DNA of 64,000 nt from Antedon mediterranea (Eukaryota; Animalia; Echinodermata), in assembly GCF_964355755.1 (NCBI RefSeq), contig NC_092677.1, positions 9,942,101 to 10,006,100 of the forward strand, given 5' to 3'. A program made the position numbers and the translations under genes. The stretch's first letter is position 1, and each line of letters opens with the position of its first letter. This document shows positions 53,465 to 64,000 of the stretch, in pieces. Below the pieces are notes generated by a model that was given only the letters and a program-made list of their open reading frames with translations, had not been told where the DNA came from and made no database searches.

Positions 53465-56400
53465 CCAAGAAACATTTATTATATATGGCCTTTGGCCCAA
53501 ATAATATACAATGTAATACAATATTAAATAAATATCAGTTGAGTGCGTTTAAAAATTCTGTTCTACGTTTAAATGAAAAAAATAAATATTTTCCAAGTTT
53601 AACAATAAGATCAGTATTTGTGGCAGACATAAGATAAATATATTTTAATTTAGTTGGGTTGTTTGTATAAAAGGAAAACATATATTTAGTTCTAATATCT
53701 GAATAAAATGGACAAACTAAAGTGAAATGATATTCATCTTCAATTGATTGTAAAGCACATAATTTGCATAATCTTTCATTTCTATTTATACAATTCCATC
53801 TTCCTTTTTCAATTTCTAATTCTAAAATTCCTAGTCGTATCTTAGTCATAATTTGTCTATGTTTGTAATTTGTTACTTTTGTTAGATATTCTTCAATTCC
53901 AAACTTATATTTAACGTGCTTGTAATATTGGAGCTTAGAGTGTAGCCTAGTATCTTCGTAGAATTTCTGTCGTTCAATGTCTGTAAGCCTTTGTTTAAAA
54001 TTTGAAATAAAAGTATATATATTATTAACCTGTTGCGAGTACCATATGTTACCAAATCCATTTATGCATAGTATTTGTTTTACGTCATTGGCCCAACATT
54101 GCTCATTTCTTTGAGCTTTTCTATATTGAAAATCATAACATTGTTTAATAAATTTGTCATTATCCATTTGGATTACTCTTAGCCAATAACGAATTATATT
54201 AATGATAATTTGAATTTGGATAGTGAATCTTCCACATTCTCCTCTCACTGCAACACTTGGTGCAGAATTACCTATTCCTAGAATGTATTTACAGAATCTT
54301 AGATGAACTTTCTCTAATACTGATATATCATTTAAACCCCATATTTCGCTACCATAAAGTAAGATTGGCATAATCTTAACATCAAATATATGGTTCCATA
54401 TATTAACTTGGAGGTTACCAAAACGTCTATGGGTCAATCCTTTTAATGTGAACAAAGCCTTATTAGCTTGTTGACAATTGTATTCTTTGGCTTTATTCCA
54501 ATTACCATTTGAGTTGAAAACAACTCCTAAATATTTAAAGGATTTGACAATGTCAACTGTATTTCCATTGTAATTCCATTTTTCAAATTTGTTAAGATTA
54601 CCACCATTCTTAAACACCATAATATTACTCTTGTTAACATTGACAGTTACATCCCATCTTGTACAATAGGTAGATAACTTGTTTAAATAATATTGTAGAC
54701 CATAAACGGTATCACCAAATAACATAAGGTCATCTGCATAGAGTAAATGATTAATTTTTAGATTTCCAATTTGGATTCTATGTTCGTCGCCTTCCTCATT
54801 TAATGTTTCACTCAAATCATTAATAAAAACATTAAATAAAAAGGACGAGAGTGGCGAACCCTGTTGTATACCTATTAGACATTTGAAAGAATTACTAATA
54901 TTGCCGTCGACCTTAACATGTGCTGATAACTTATTGTACATTGAATTAATAACGTTTAACATTTTTCCTTTTACTCCTGAATTTTTTAGTTTTATGTGAA
55001 GATATTGATGTCCTACGGAGTCAAAGGCTCGTTTAAAATCAATGAAAGCAACATATACTTTCCCACGTTTTTTTCCTAGGTATTTATTAATGATTGTGTT
55101 AAGAATAAATACATTATCCGATGTTCTGAACCCCTTTCTAAAACCGGCTTGTTCCTGATGTAGAATGTTATTATCTTCTGCCCAAAATTGTAATCTTTTA
55201 TTGATAATATGTAAGAAAATTTTAGCAAAAACAGGAATAAGTGATATTCCTCTATAATTCTCTGGTTGTTCTTTGTCACCTTTTTTAAATATTGGGACAA
55301 TAAGGCTGGTTGCCCATTGCTGTGGAAACTGTCCTGTATTATAAATTATATTATATAATTATTATTATATATTATAATAATTATTAGATTGATTATATTT
55401 TGAGAAGAGTGTATAAAAAGTTCTGGTAATAATCCATCGATTCCAGGTGATTTACCTGTTTTTTTGGATTTAATGGCATGAATTACCTCATCTACTGTAA
55501 TGTCATTATTTAGGTTAGGTTCGGTTTCATTTACAGGAGGTTCATCATTAATGATACTTTCTACATTTTGATTATCTCTATTTTTATCATTATGAAATAA
55601 GGATTCGAAGTGAGTGCGCCATGTATTAATACATATGTTACTTGGAAAATTTGGTTTTGTTTGTTTTAGTTTAATCCAAAATGATTTGGAGTTTTTTTCT
55701 CCTAATGATCTAATCAATTCTGTACGTGATCTTTTAATATAGCTGTATTTCTTATTTTTTATTAATGTTTTATATTCTTTTTTCATTTCCAGGTATGCAT
55801 TAAGCAATGTTTGTGTACGATTGTGTCGGAATCTATTTAAACTTCTTCGAACTTTGTTTTTAAGTGCAAGACATTGATTGTCATACCATGTGTCTTTAGC
55901 TTTAGTTGTTTTATTGTTGGATTTCCTATGGATAATTCCTTTACATGCATATTCATACAATCTACCTACAGTTGAAACAGCTTCATCAATTAGGTTATCA
56001 TTAATCAAGTTAGTTATTTCATTTTTAAGTTCATGGATTTTATTATGCTGTAATCTTAATTTAAATGTTTCAGTATATGTTTCTGACCAATTGAATTTAG
56101 TTTGTTTAGGATTAGGACAATTTTCAATATTTAATTTTTTTATTTTTATATTATCTTTAGTTAGTAGGCCTAATTGAAACGTAATTGGCATATGATCAGA
56201 TTCTATTCTATTTTCTACTTTCAAATCTGCTATGTACCTGAAGTTATCAGCTTTTGTCAATATATAATCGACTACGCTTTTGCCTTGTTGTCCTATGAAA
56301 GTGTAGCTTTTACTATACATTGGGTTAATTCTGCCATTAGCAATTCTTAAATTCGTTTCTTTACAAAAATTGAGAAGATCTATGCCATAATTATTCGTGA

Positions 56401-56545
56401 CGTCATCTTCATTAATTCTAATTTTTACATTATCTTCATCATCTTCAATATATAATTCCTTATCCCAATCTATTGGGCATACATCGTTGTTGACATAATC
56501 CAATAAATCTCCTGTTCTACCATTGAAGTCTCCAACAAACACTTA
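53465..56545 (-). mobile_element. 5'-truncated non-LTR retrotransposon (RTE-X-like): partial APE endonuclease, RT and CCHC C-terminus, with one frameshift
   Basis: GDFNGRTG, SVVDY and SDH (endonuclease); KSPGIDG, NYRGISL, QAGFRKG, AFIDFKRAFDSV, GIQQGSPLS and LLYADD (RT); LEIEKGR...RLCKLC...EDEYHF..VC. ORFs 55346-56542 and 53535-~55345 are separated by an AT-rich slippage. Confidence 0.9.
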
Positions 56546-57017
56546 CACTTACGTACGGCCATATAAACACCGATTTATAGCAAACACACATTGGGGTAAA
56601 ATACAATAAGTAAAAGGCTTACAAGATAAAATGCATATTATCAAATAATGGGACCAAATTATCTAACCCCGTATGTAACGGGGTAATATAATAAATGCCC
56701 AATATAACAATATACATAATGTATTTGCATTGTGCGCAAAATTGAACTTGAAGTTTGAGATTGTTCACCCAGAAAACACACCACCACAGCTATACAATCA
56801 TAGCTCATCATATACAAATATAAGCTCTTGATAAAACGGGTCAGTAAAAACTGAATAATATCACAGCAGGATTGTTCAAGCTATTTCATAAAACAACAGG
56901 TGTATTCTATACGGGTAAGGCATTTGCTATGTTTGGCACACATGGCGCTCCATACGCTTGGAATCTCTAAGCAGACCTACTAAAGTTTGAGGTTGTACTC
57001 CCAGAAAACCAAATTTC

Positions 57018-57027
57018 AGCTATAAAA
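57018..57027 (+). promoter_or_regulatory. Candidate TATA box (AGCTATAAAA) of copy 6; equivalents at ~33096 (copy 2) and 49021 (copy 5)
   Basis: The same AGCTATAAA motif lies ~75-145 bp upstream of three paralogous ATGs. Confidence 0.5.
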
Positions 57028-57109
57028 TGACGAATATATAGTGTAGAAATATAAACTTGATCTCATTTCATAAAAAAAAAACCAGCAGGTGTGCAAGCAA
57101 GGTAGTGTC

Positions 57110-60100
57110 ATGGATGTCTCGGGTAAAGTAGCACTGGTAACGGGAGGAGCAGACGGACTCGGAAAGGCGTTCATCGAAGAATTATTGAAGAAGAATATTA
57201 AGGTTTGTTTGATAGATTTATTGTTTACCTAAAAGTGACATGTTGCTATAATTAGGTCTAGGCCTACATATCATGTAATTTAATGCTTTTTATCAGCAGT
57301 AGGCCTAGGAAGGTACATGGGTCATGTTTTAGGGTGAACACTGTCGTGCGTTTAGCCTTGCCTCAAGCCTGTAGTTATTTTTACTTGGCAAAATTGTTCT
57401 AAGTATGTACTAGTTTTGTAGCACGATAGCATCCGCAATTTATAAGTGTTTGGGTGTTAATAGATACCTACAGAACATACCTTGATTTTCAGGTAAATTG
57501 ATATTTTGATGACATCTAAGAATTTATATCAAAATCTGTATCTTCAATATTATGAGCTGACCTCTGTATTCTTTTAACATTGACTAAAATATCAAGTAGT
57601 GAGCCCTCCCTCTCTGAATATAGTTTTCTCGATATATTTTTCCAAGTACTTCACTCAGTTTCTGACTGCTTTCCTTTTTAATGTTTGTTCACCAGTTGGC
57701 GTTTAGATTTGGTAATGGAACGAGTTCAAGTATTATACGTATGAAATGCCATTTATGCCAAAATATTAAAAAAATAAAGTCTAAAACCTAGACTATGGTG
57801 CTTCGTAAGAGTTTTTAAGGGTCTGTTTGTTGGCTGTATCTGCAGCAGGGATTCAAGCATCATCTCGCGAAGCGAAGAGAATTTGTTTCTAACATATCAA
57901 TGCTGTTTTGTTTAGGCTGTAGCATTCTTAGATATCCAACAAGCGAAGGGTGAAGCATCGTTAAAACAACTTTCGGATTTGTACGGTAAAGACAAGATAC
58001 ATTTTATTCAATGTGACGTCACGGACAAAAAACGGCTTGAAGGTAAAGAAGAATCCTGTACTGAATATTTTCCTATATAAAAGCTGAGAATTATGTCTAT
58101 CATATGGGGCGCCGTTTAAGACACTGCTAACGGTGACCCGTATTAAAATTGTGGGCCTACAAAGTTTTCGCGGGAGCTCGCTGAGCCAGTAACCTATATA
58201 TTATAGGCCTACTGGTCATAATGTTGGTATGTGTATCGTCAGGATATGCAAATGTAGTTAATTTACTAGATTCTCGCAAATAGTCTGTATTTATTTTGTT
58301 TATTCTTATTGGCATTTGTAGAGGCTTTCAGTGACGTCAGGGACCGATTTGAACGACTTGATATAGTGTGCAACAATGCCGGAGCCGCCAACGAAGACGA
58401 CTGGCAAAAGATGATTGAAATCAATCTGGTAAATGACATCTTAAAACATATTCGAGTTTCCCAGTTCAACATGGTCACGTAAAAAGTTCATTGCAGACAA
58501 TGTGGAACACACAACCAGTGGCCTGAGGCCCCTGCCTTAGGAACCCCAAGTGGCCCTCCAACGCTGGAGGCCTCGGGTGTTTTGAGCCTTTTTTGACATT
58601 AAAAAATGCATGTTTTTTTCTCTGGACACTGCTCAGGTGCGACCCCCATAAGATCCGGGGGCCCCTGGGTTTAGCCCGTAAGCGCTCATAGCCAATGAAC
58701 AAAACAAAGATGCTTTAACCGAGGCGCTGATTGGATAATTGTTCCATGGTCATAATTGGGGTGTTATGATCAATCAATCGAAAATCTATTTCTTTAGAAT
58801 ATTATTATTACTTTTTTAAAATCAAAATATAATAAAATACCTTTTAAGATAGAATCAAACTTTTCTAAATAGGGAACACGTCACTATCTCGCAAAATGCA
58901 AGAAAACTTATTTTCGCGATGTTGGTGTAGTTTGGCACAATACCGATAGCGACAGTTTTAGGTCGCGAAATCGGTAGGCCTACAGTACTACAGTACTGCT
59001 TACGCAATATATTTACTTATTGCAGACCGCAGTTACACATGGAACCTTCCTGGCCATCAAACACATGAGCAAGGAGAATGCTGGCAGCGGTGGTGTTATT
59101 ATTAATACAGGATCGGTAGCTGGTAAGTGAATAAATAATGATCTGCATCAGACGAGTGATGATGATATTACCGGTATATCGGCGGAATATTTTTATCGAT
59201 AAGGTTACCGTATTCAATCATTTTTGGTGATGCTTAATCAAAAAGTGTGATGTACCCAAATATGGTAGTGATATGTCCAAATTATGGTAGTGATATGACA
59301 TCATCATGTCCATATTTGGGTACATCACATTTTTTTGTATTTTGTAGACAGATATTTAGTTTTTTTTTTCTAGGATTACGAGCTATACCACGCCTTCCTG
59401 TGTATGCTGCGACAAAACACGGAGTGGTAGCTTTAAGTCGAAGTTTAGCCGTACGTACAATTTTCCTCAAATTAAAAGTTGAACAAAATCATTGTTTATC
59501 GTTAACTTTGAATAGGATTGAATAATTGGATTTTTAAATATTAAATCATGATTTCTTTTCCAATTTGCCCCAAACCGCCTGTAATGTAATGAATACTTAT
59601 TTTACGCATTAAAGTGTAGGTGTGTGTGTAACAACTGTCAATTAAGTTTAGTCCACATAATTCCAATAAAACAATATATGTTTACGTTAATCCCACACCA
59701 CTCTCCCATTCTATGTCCGCCCATTATACACAAAACCCTGCAATGTCATGCATGTAGGCTACATCTACGACGTATGACAATACATTTCAACTCAGTTCTG
59801 TAGACTACCACCATCTCTATCAGTAACCTTGGTCAATGCATGGTTACTGGCGAGAAAATGGCACCGAGTGTTATTAAAAGAAATAGGAACCACATATTTC
59901 TCAACCATTTGACATTGGGCTTAAATCTCTTCTTTCCGCCTTTATTTAGAAAAATCCTAAAGTAAGTGGAGAAAATATTCGCATCAACGTACTGTGCCCA
60001 CAGTTTGTAGATACTGTGTTGGTCAGAAATCACAAGTCCTACGGATCCGAGATAGTTTTGGAAGACCAGACTTTCATACCGTAACAAAATTACACTATTT

Positions 60101-60601
60101 AAGCCTAGTACTAGTACAGTAGTATATTTAAGCCATAGTTACACGTCTACGATAACCGTAAGTGTCATAATTTGTGACAATATTTGACCAATCGCAAGCC
60201 ATGACACCTTTGCATTAATTTAGTATGTGTTAACCGACTGAAACGTTTCCGTCATTCAGACATTTCCAGAAATTTATTTCCATATTTTTCTGGTTTGGCC
60301 AGGATGGTTTGTTATTTTGCTAAAGTCATTTTTTCCTTTTAAATCTGTTTTTATTTGGTTTTATCTTTTTGGTCTTCCTGGTGGTCTTTTTACTACCGAT
60401 ATATAGTTCCTATAACTGCTAAATTAATTTAATACGATTTAAATAAGTCGATAAATATATGCTTTTTTCAGAATATCGCTGGTCGCCGAGGCCTTTATGA
60501 AACTAGTTGAAGAAGATCGAACTGGTCAAGCTATGGTCATAACAGAAAACGGAATATCAGTCCATAAATTCGCAAGTGTTGCAAAGGCCTCGACATTGTA
60601 G
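57110..60601 (+). CDS. HPGD: HPGD-like SDR, copy 6 (altered C-terminus ...[11 protein letters not shown])
   Basis: Exons 57110-57202, 57916-58042, 58322-58428, 59026-59122, 59374-59450, 59950-60080, 60472-60601. NNAG and YAATK motifs; open frame. Confidence 0.9.
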
Positions 60602-60782
60602 TGCCAGAAGAATTCCTTCTTTTTATGAATTTTTAAAGAAAATCGATATATGGCCAGATGTGTAGACTTAATTCAAGTGAAGAACATGTTTAAGTCTCAA
60701 CGATAATAGATAACGTCTAAGTCAATACAGATCAGATATGATAAATATATACAGTATTCATTAGCTTATAAAAAATAAAACA

Positions 60783-61550
60783 GCCGCCGACAAGTTGAGC
60801 CGCCGCCAGAAAAACGTTATTTTCTATGGAACGCCAAATGCTAACTTTCGCCGGTGCTCGTTCAATTTATGTTAGGGATAACGATGTACATTCAAACGTT
60901 TATATATCATGGTTTTTAGTATATATATTATTAAATATTATAATTAAAGAAATAATTATGAAAATCTGGCTTGTAGATTCCAAAATACAGTGATGTTTTT
61001 AGCCAAAAATGATGTAAACATGTTGCCCCTCATTCAGTCGGCAGTTGTTTGTATGAACTAGGCTAGGCCTACTCCATTTTTCGGTAAAATAATTACATAA
61101 AATCACGTTTTTTAGTAAAATATTTTGTGTATTAACATTTTAAAATTCAATAAAATATGATATTAAAAGATTAGTAAATAAAAAACATGTATTTAACCTC
61201 ATTCGAAAAAATGTTAATACTCTATTAGTATTAATTAGTCCTGAGAGACAACGTGACTTTACGTGGTAGGCCTCCTACACGCGAGAAAAATTATGAGTGC
61301 ACTGAATTCTTTCCTCGAAAGATTAAAAACAATTAAATTATTAAATATTAGTTATTACTACTTTCCTTTGCTTGCTGTGTTAATTGTAATAGGCCTATGT
61401 AATTATATATTATTTATTTTCATGACACAATAAACCAAGACCATGAACTTGTACTCTAGGACACCATCCTAATCACTACGCGAAATGTCGTAAAAGACGC
61501 ATGCACTGGGCGTTTCATAGAAACCACTGGCGGCTCAACTTGTCGGCGGC
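60783..61550. mobile_element. MITE-like element with imperfect TIRs
   Basis: GCCGCCGACAAGTTGAGCCGCC ... GGCGGCTCAACTTGTCGGCGGC. Confidence 0.75.
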
Positions 61551-61730
61551 CCAACCGGTCATATCCCATTTATAACACTTGGGGACCTATGTTGTAGACG
61601 GTGATTCGACTTATTATTGTACTGGTCATTTATACATTTAATACTAGAGACATAGGCTAAGTATATCAAGTAACACGAAGAGTGTCTTTCTTCGTGTGCT
61701 GCACGGCTGTGCAATTAATGCGCACGGGTT

Positions 61731-62290
61731 TATTTACCTCCGCCAATGAGGTATATGTAATCGATCGCGTGTGTATGTTTGTTTGTTAGCAGGATTAATC
61801 AAAAAGTTATTGCAATACCTTTACCAAAATAAAAATATAGATACATATGTGGTCAAGGACCACTCAATTACATTTTGGAGGCAATCCGGATTACGGTCCC
61901 AATTCTGGATTATTTTCACACCTGCTAGTGTTAAAATAGGACAGAATTTGCAAAAGCCGGCGAGTAGTCTTAAAGTAACAAGTAAACTGAAATTGCATTT
62001 TCTCGAAAACTACTTGTATAAAAACCTTCATTTTGTACAAGAGTTATAATTAGTGATGTGTAATTTTAAAATATAATTTGATTTAAAAACATTATTTCGT
62101 TTCAAATTCACCCGTTTGTTTTTGCCATTCCCGTTATAGTGTTAGTCAACTGAGACTATTGTTAGTTGGAAGGCTGGTTACATAGGCCTAACATCTACAC
62201 CAAACACATGCTTGTAGTGAAATTAGCCTAAATCACACACAAAAATATACAGTATTATATATACAAGTACATTTTTCCAGAAAAGTAGAG
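61731..62290 (+). mobile_element. Helentron/HINE-like element, same family as 1441; 3' end not seen
   Basis: TTATTTACCTCCGCCAATGAGGT...GTTTGTTTGTTAGCAGGATT; shares GTAGTGAAATTAGCCTAA with the 1441 copy. Confidence 0.6.
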
Positions 62291-64000
62291 AGAGAATTAT
62301 TAATTATCTGTAAAACTAACAATACTTAGCAAAAGTATAAAATAAATGCGAAACAGCAAAAAGGAAAATTAATATTCCAAGATTTCCTTCTTTCTTTTTG
62401 ACATGAATTTGAGTCGCCGAGCGGTTAAGGCAGGGGCGCCGCAAACCATAGATATACAATCGGCACAGGTTCAAGTCACTCCTCGACCATTGTTCTGGTA
62501 GTAGAACAAGTCTTCTCGGATAAGGACTTAAAACGAGAGGTCCAGTGTACATTTTAAAGAACACAGTATACCGTTCAGAAGATAAGGAGGTTACACCGGT
62601 GTACTGGTCCATTCAGCCCCTGTCGTTGGCAAACAAACGGCAGCCGTTTGGTGGCAGCACTCAACACAAGACCTTTAGGGGAGTTGTGGTATGTATCATC
62701 CACACCTGTGCGCAATTCAGACCAATAGGCTGCATGCGAGTCGCAGGTTATTCCCCCAACAAACAAACCACTGCTTTCAATGCATACCAAAATGAGACTC
62801 ACATAATACTAACAAACATCTGGTATCGTAAGAGTGACTGTGCCACACAGTGCCTTCTTCCACAAGTTTTAATAATACGTCCAGCTTATAAAGCGTTTAA
62901 TGCACAAAGCCTCTAAACGCTTCACATTTTTTGGATCAAACAAGTCTGGAAACATACTCCCATAATGTTGCAGCCAGTAATCAGAACAGTTTTGTTTGTG
63001 CACCTGGGTAGAAAAATGCCTGGAAAAGCCAATCAAAAGTTAAATACCCGAAATTCATGTAACCATGGAGAAATATAACAAGGAAAACTACAAAGGATTG
63101 GAATTCTAATTTGAGATAATATAAACAGCACCATACAATATTATTACTATTAGGAGCATTGTGTGCATGCTTTAAACATTGTGACAAAAGTTCCTGAACA
63201 AAAGGACAAAGAATTCTATATGCCAATTTCCGAGAACTAAACAGTACAGTATCAATGACAAACCAAATATAGGCCTACATATTTAGTTAGTCTTTCAACC
63301 GGAAACGATTATATGTCAACTGTACTGGTGCATAAAAACTGATAATCAATTTTAAATAGGTTCTTATTAAACAAACAAGATAGTATATGAAAAGAAGCCA
63401 GTTGAATATAGGCCTTACAATTTTCATAATCTTGACATCACAGGAACAGTACAAGAGAAATTTTCCACTCCAGTGCACAATGAAGTCATGGCAGTTGATT
63501 TTGAAAACTAGTTTTTAGGGAATTCCCCATAAAGATATTCACACTCTGTTACAAACACCGAATTAAAAGAGTAAAAAACAACTGAATAAAATAAATATTT
63601 TAAAGTAATTTTTTAAAACTAGATCATGAATTTTTATTTTTTACCTCCCTGAATAAATTGTGGTGTTGTGCCGTGTTCTCAGTTCTACAAAAATAGCAGC
63701 CAGCAGTGTAATAAAAGTCTGGTTTTTCTCTGGGCTGAGAAAATCATTAGTTTAGTCGTCCATTTGTTCAAAATTACATTTCTTATAACAATAACATTTC
63801 CCTGATACACAACTTCCAAAAAACGGAACAGTCTTTATTTTCAAGAAGAATGGCAAAAATGAAATATTGAATTTAATTAAACATATGATATTATAATTTC
63901 AGATTCGCTTCTCATATGTTGAAAACAAAATCAACTTTCGTTTATAATTTAACAATAAAACAAAACTCCATATAAATGTTTTGTTTATAAAATATTGCAT

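Noticed and set aside
62545-63478. Short ORFs at the right end as a further gene
   Set aside because: No recognisable motifs or consistent splice structure; partly overlap a SINE.

Overview
AT-rich eukaryotic (animal) genomic DNA with spliceosomal GT-AG genes; it is not prokaryotic and contains no CRISPR array. The repeat content (Deu/Nin-domain SINEs, Penelope, Helitron and Harbinger elements) suggests a marine invertebrate, possibly an echinoderm or other deuterostome (inference only). Left half (5.6-25.6 kb, minus strand): 14 phase-consistent exons of an FG-GAP-repeat protein resembling Arabidopsis At3g51050/NERD1. Its introns hold a non-autonomous Helitron that carries a young palindromic Penelope-like retroelement with hammerhead ribozymes on both strands, an older Neptune-type Penelope remnant with another hammerhead, a 5S+tRNA chimeric SINE and several minisatellites. 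Right half (28.5-60.6 kb, plus strand): a tandem array of six 15-hydroxyprostaglandin-dehydrogenase-like (HPGD-like) SDR genes, five intact and one deleted pseudogene, plus an orphan exon 1 and an orphan promoter. Their substrate-binding segments are hypervariable while the catalytic core is conserved. The array is interspersed with MITEs, transposon footprints and a 5'-truncated RTE-X-like LINE. All coordinates were derived by hand and family assignments come from recalled motifs, not database searches.
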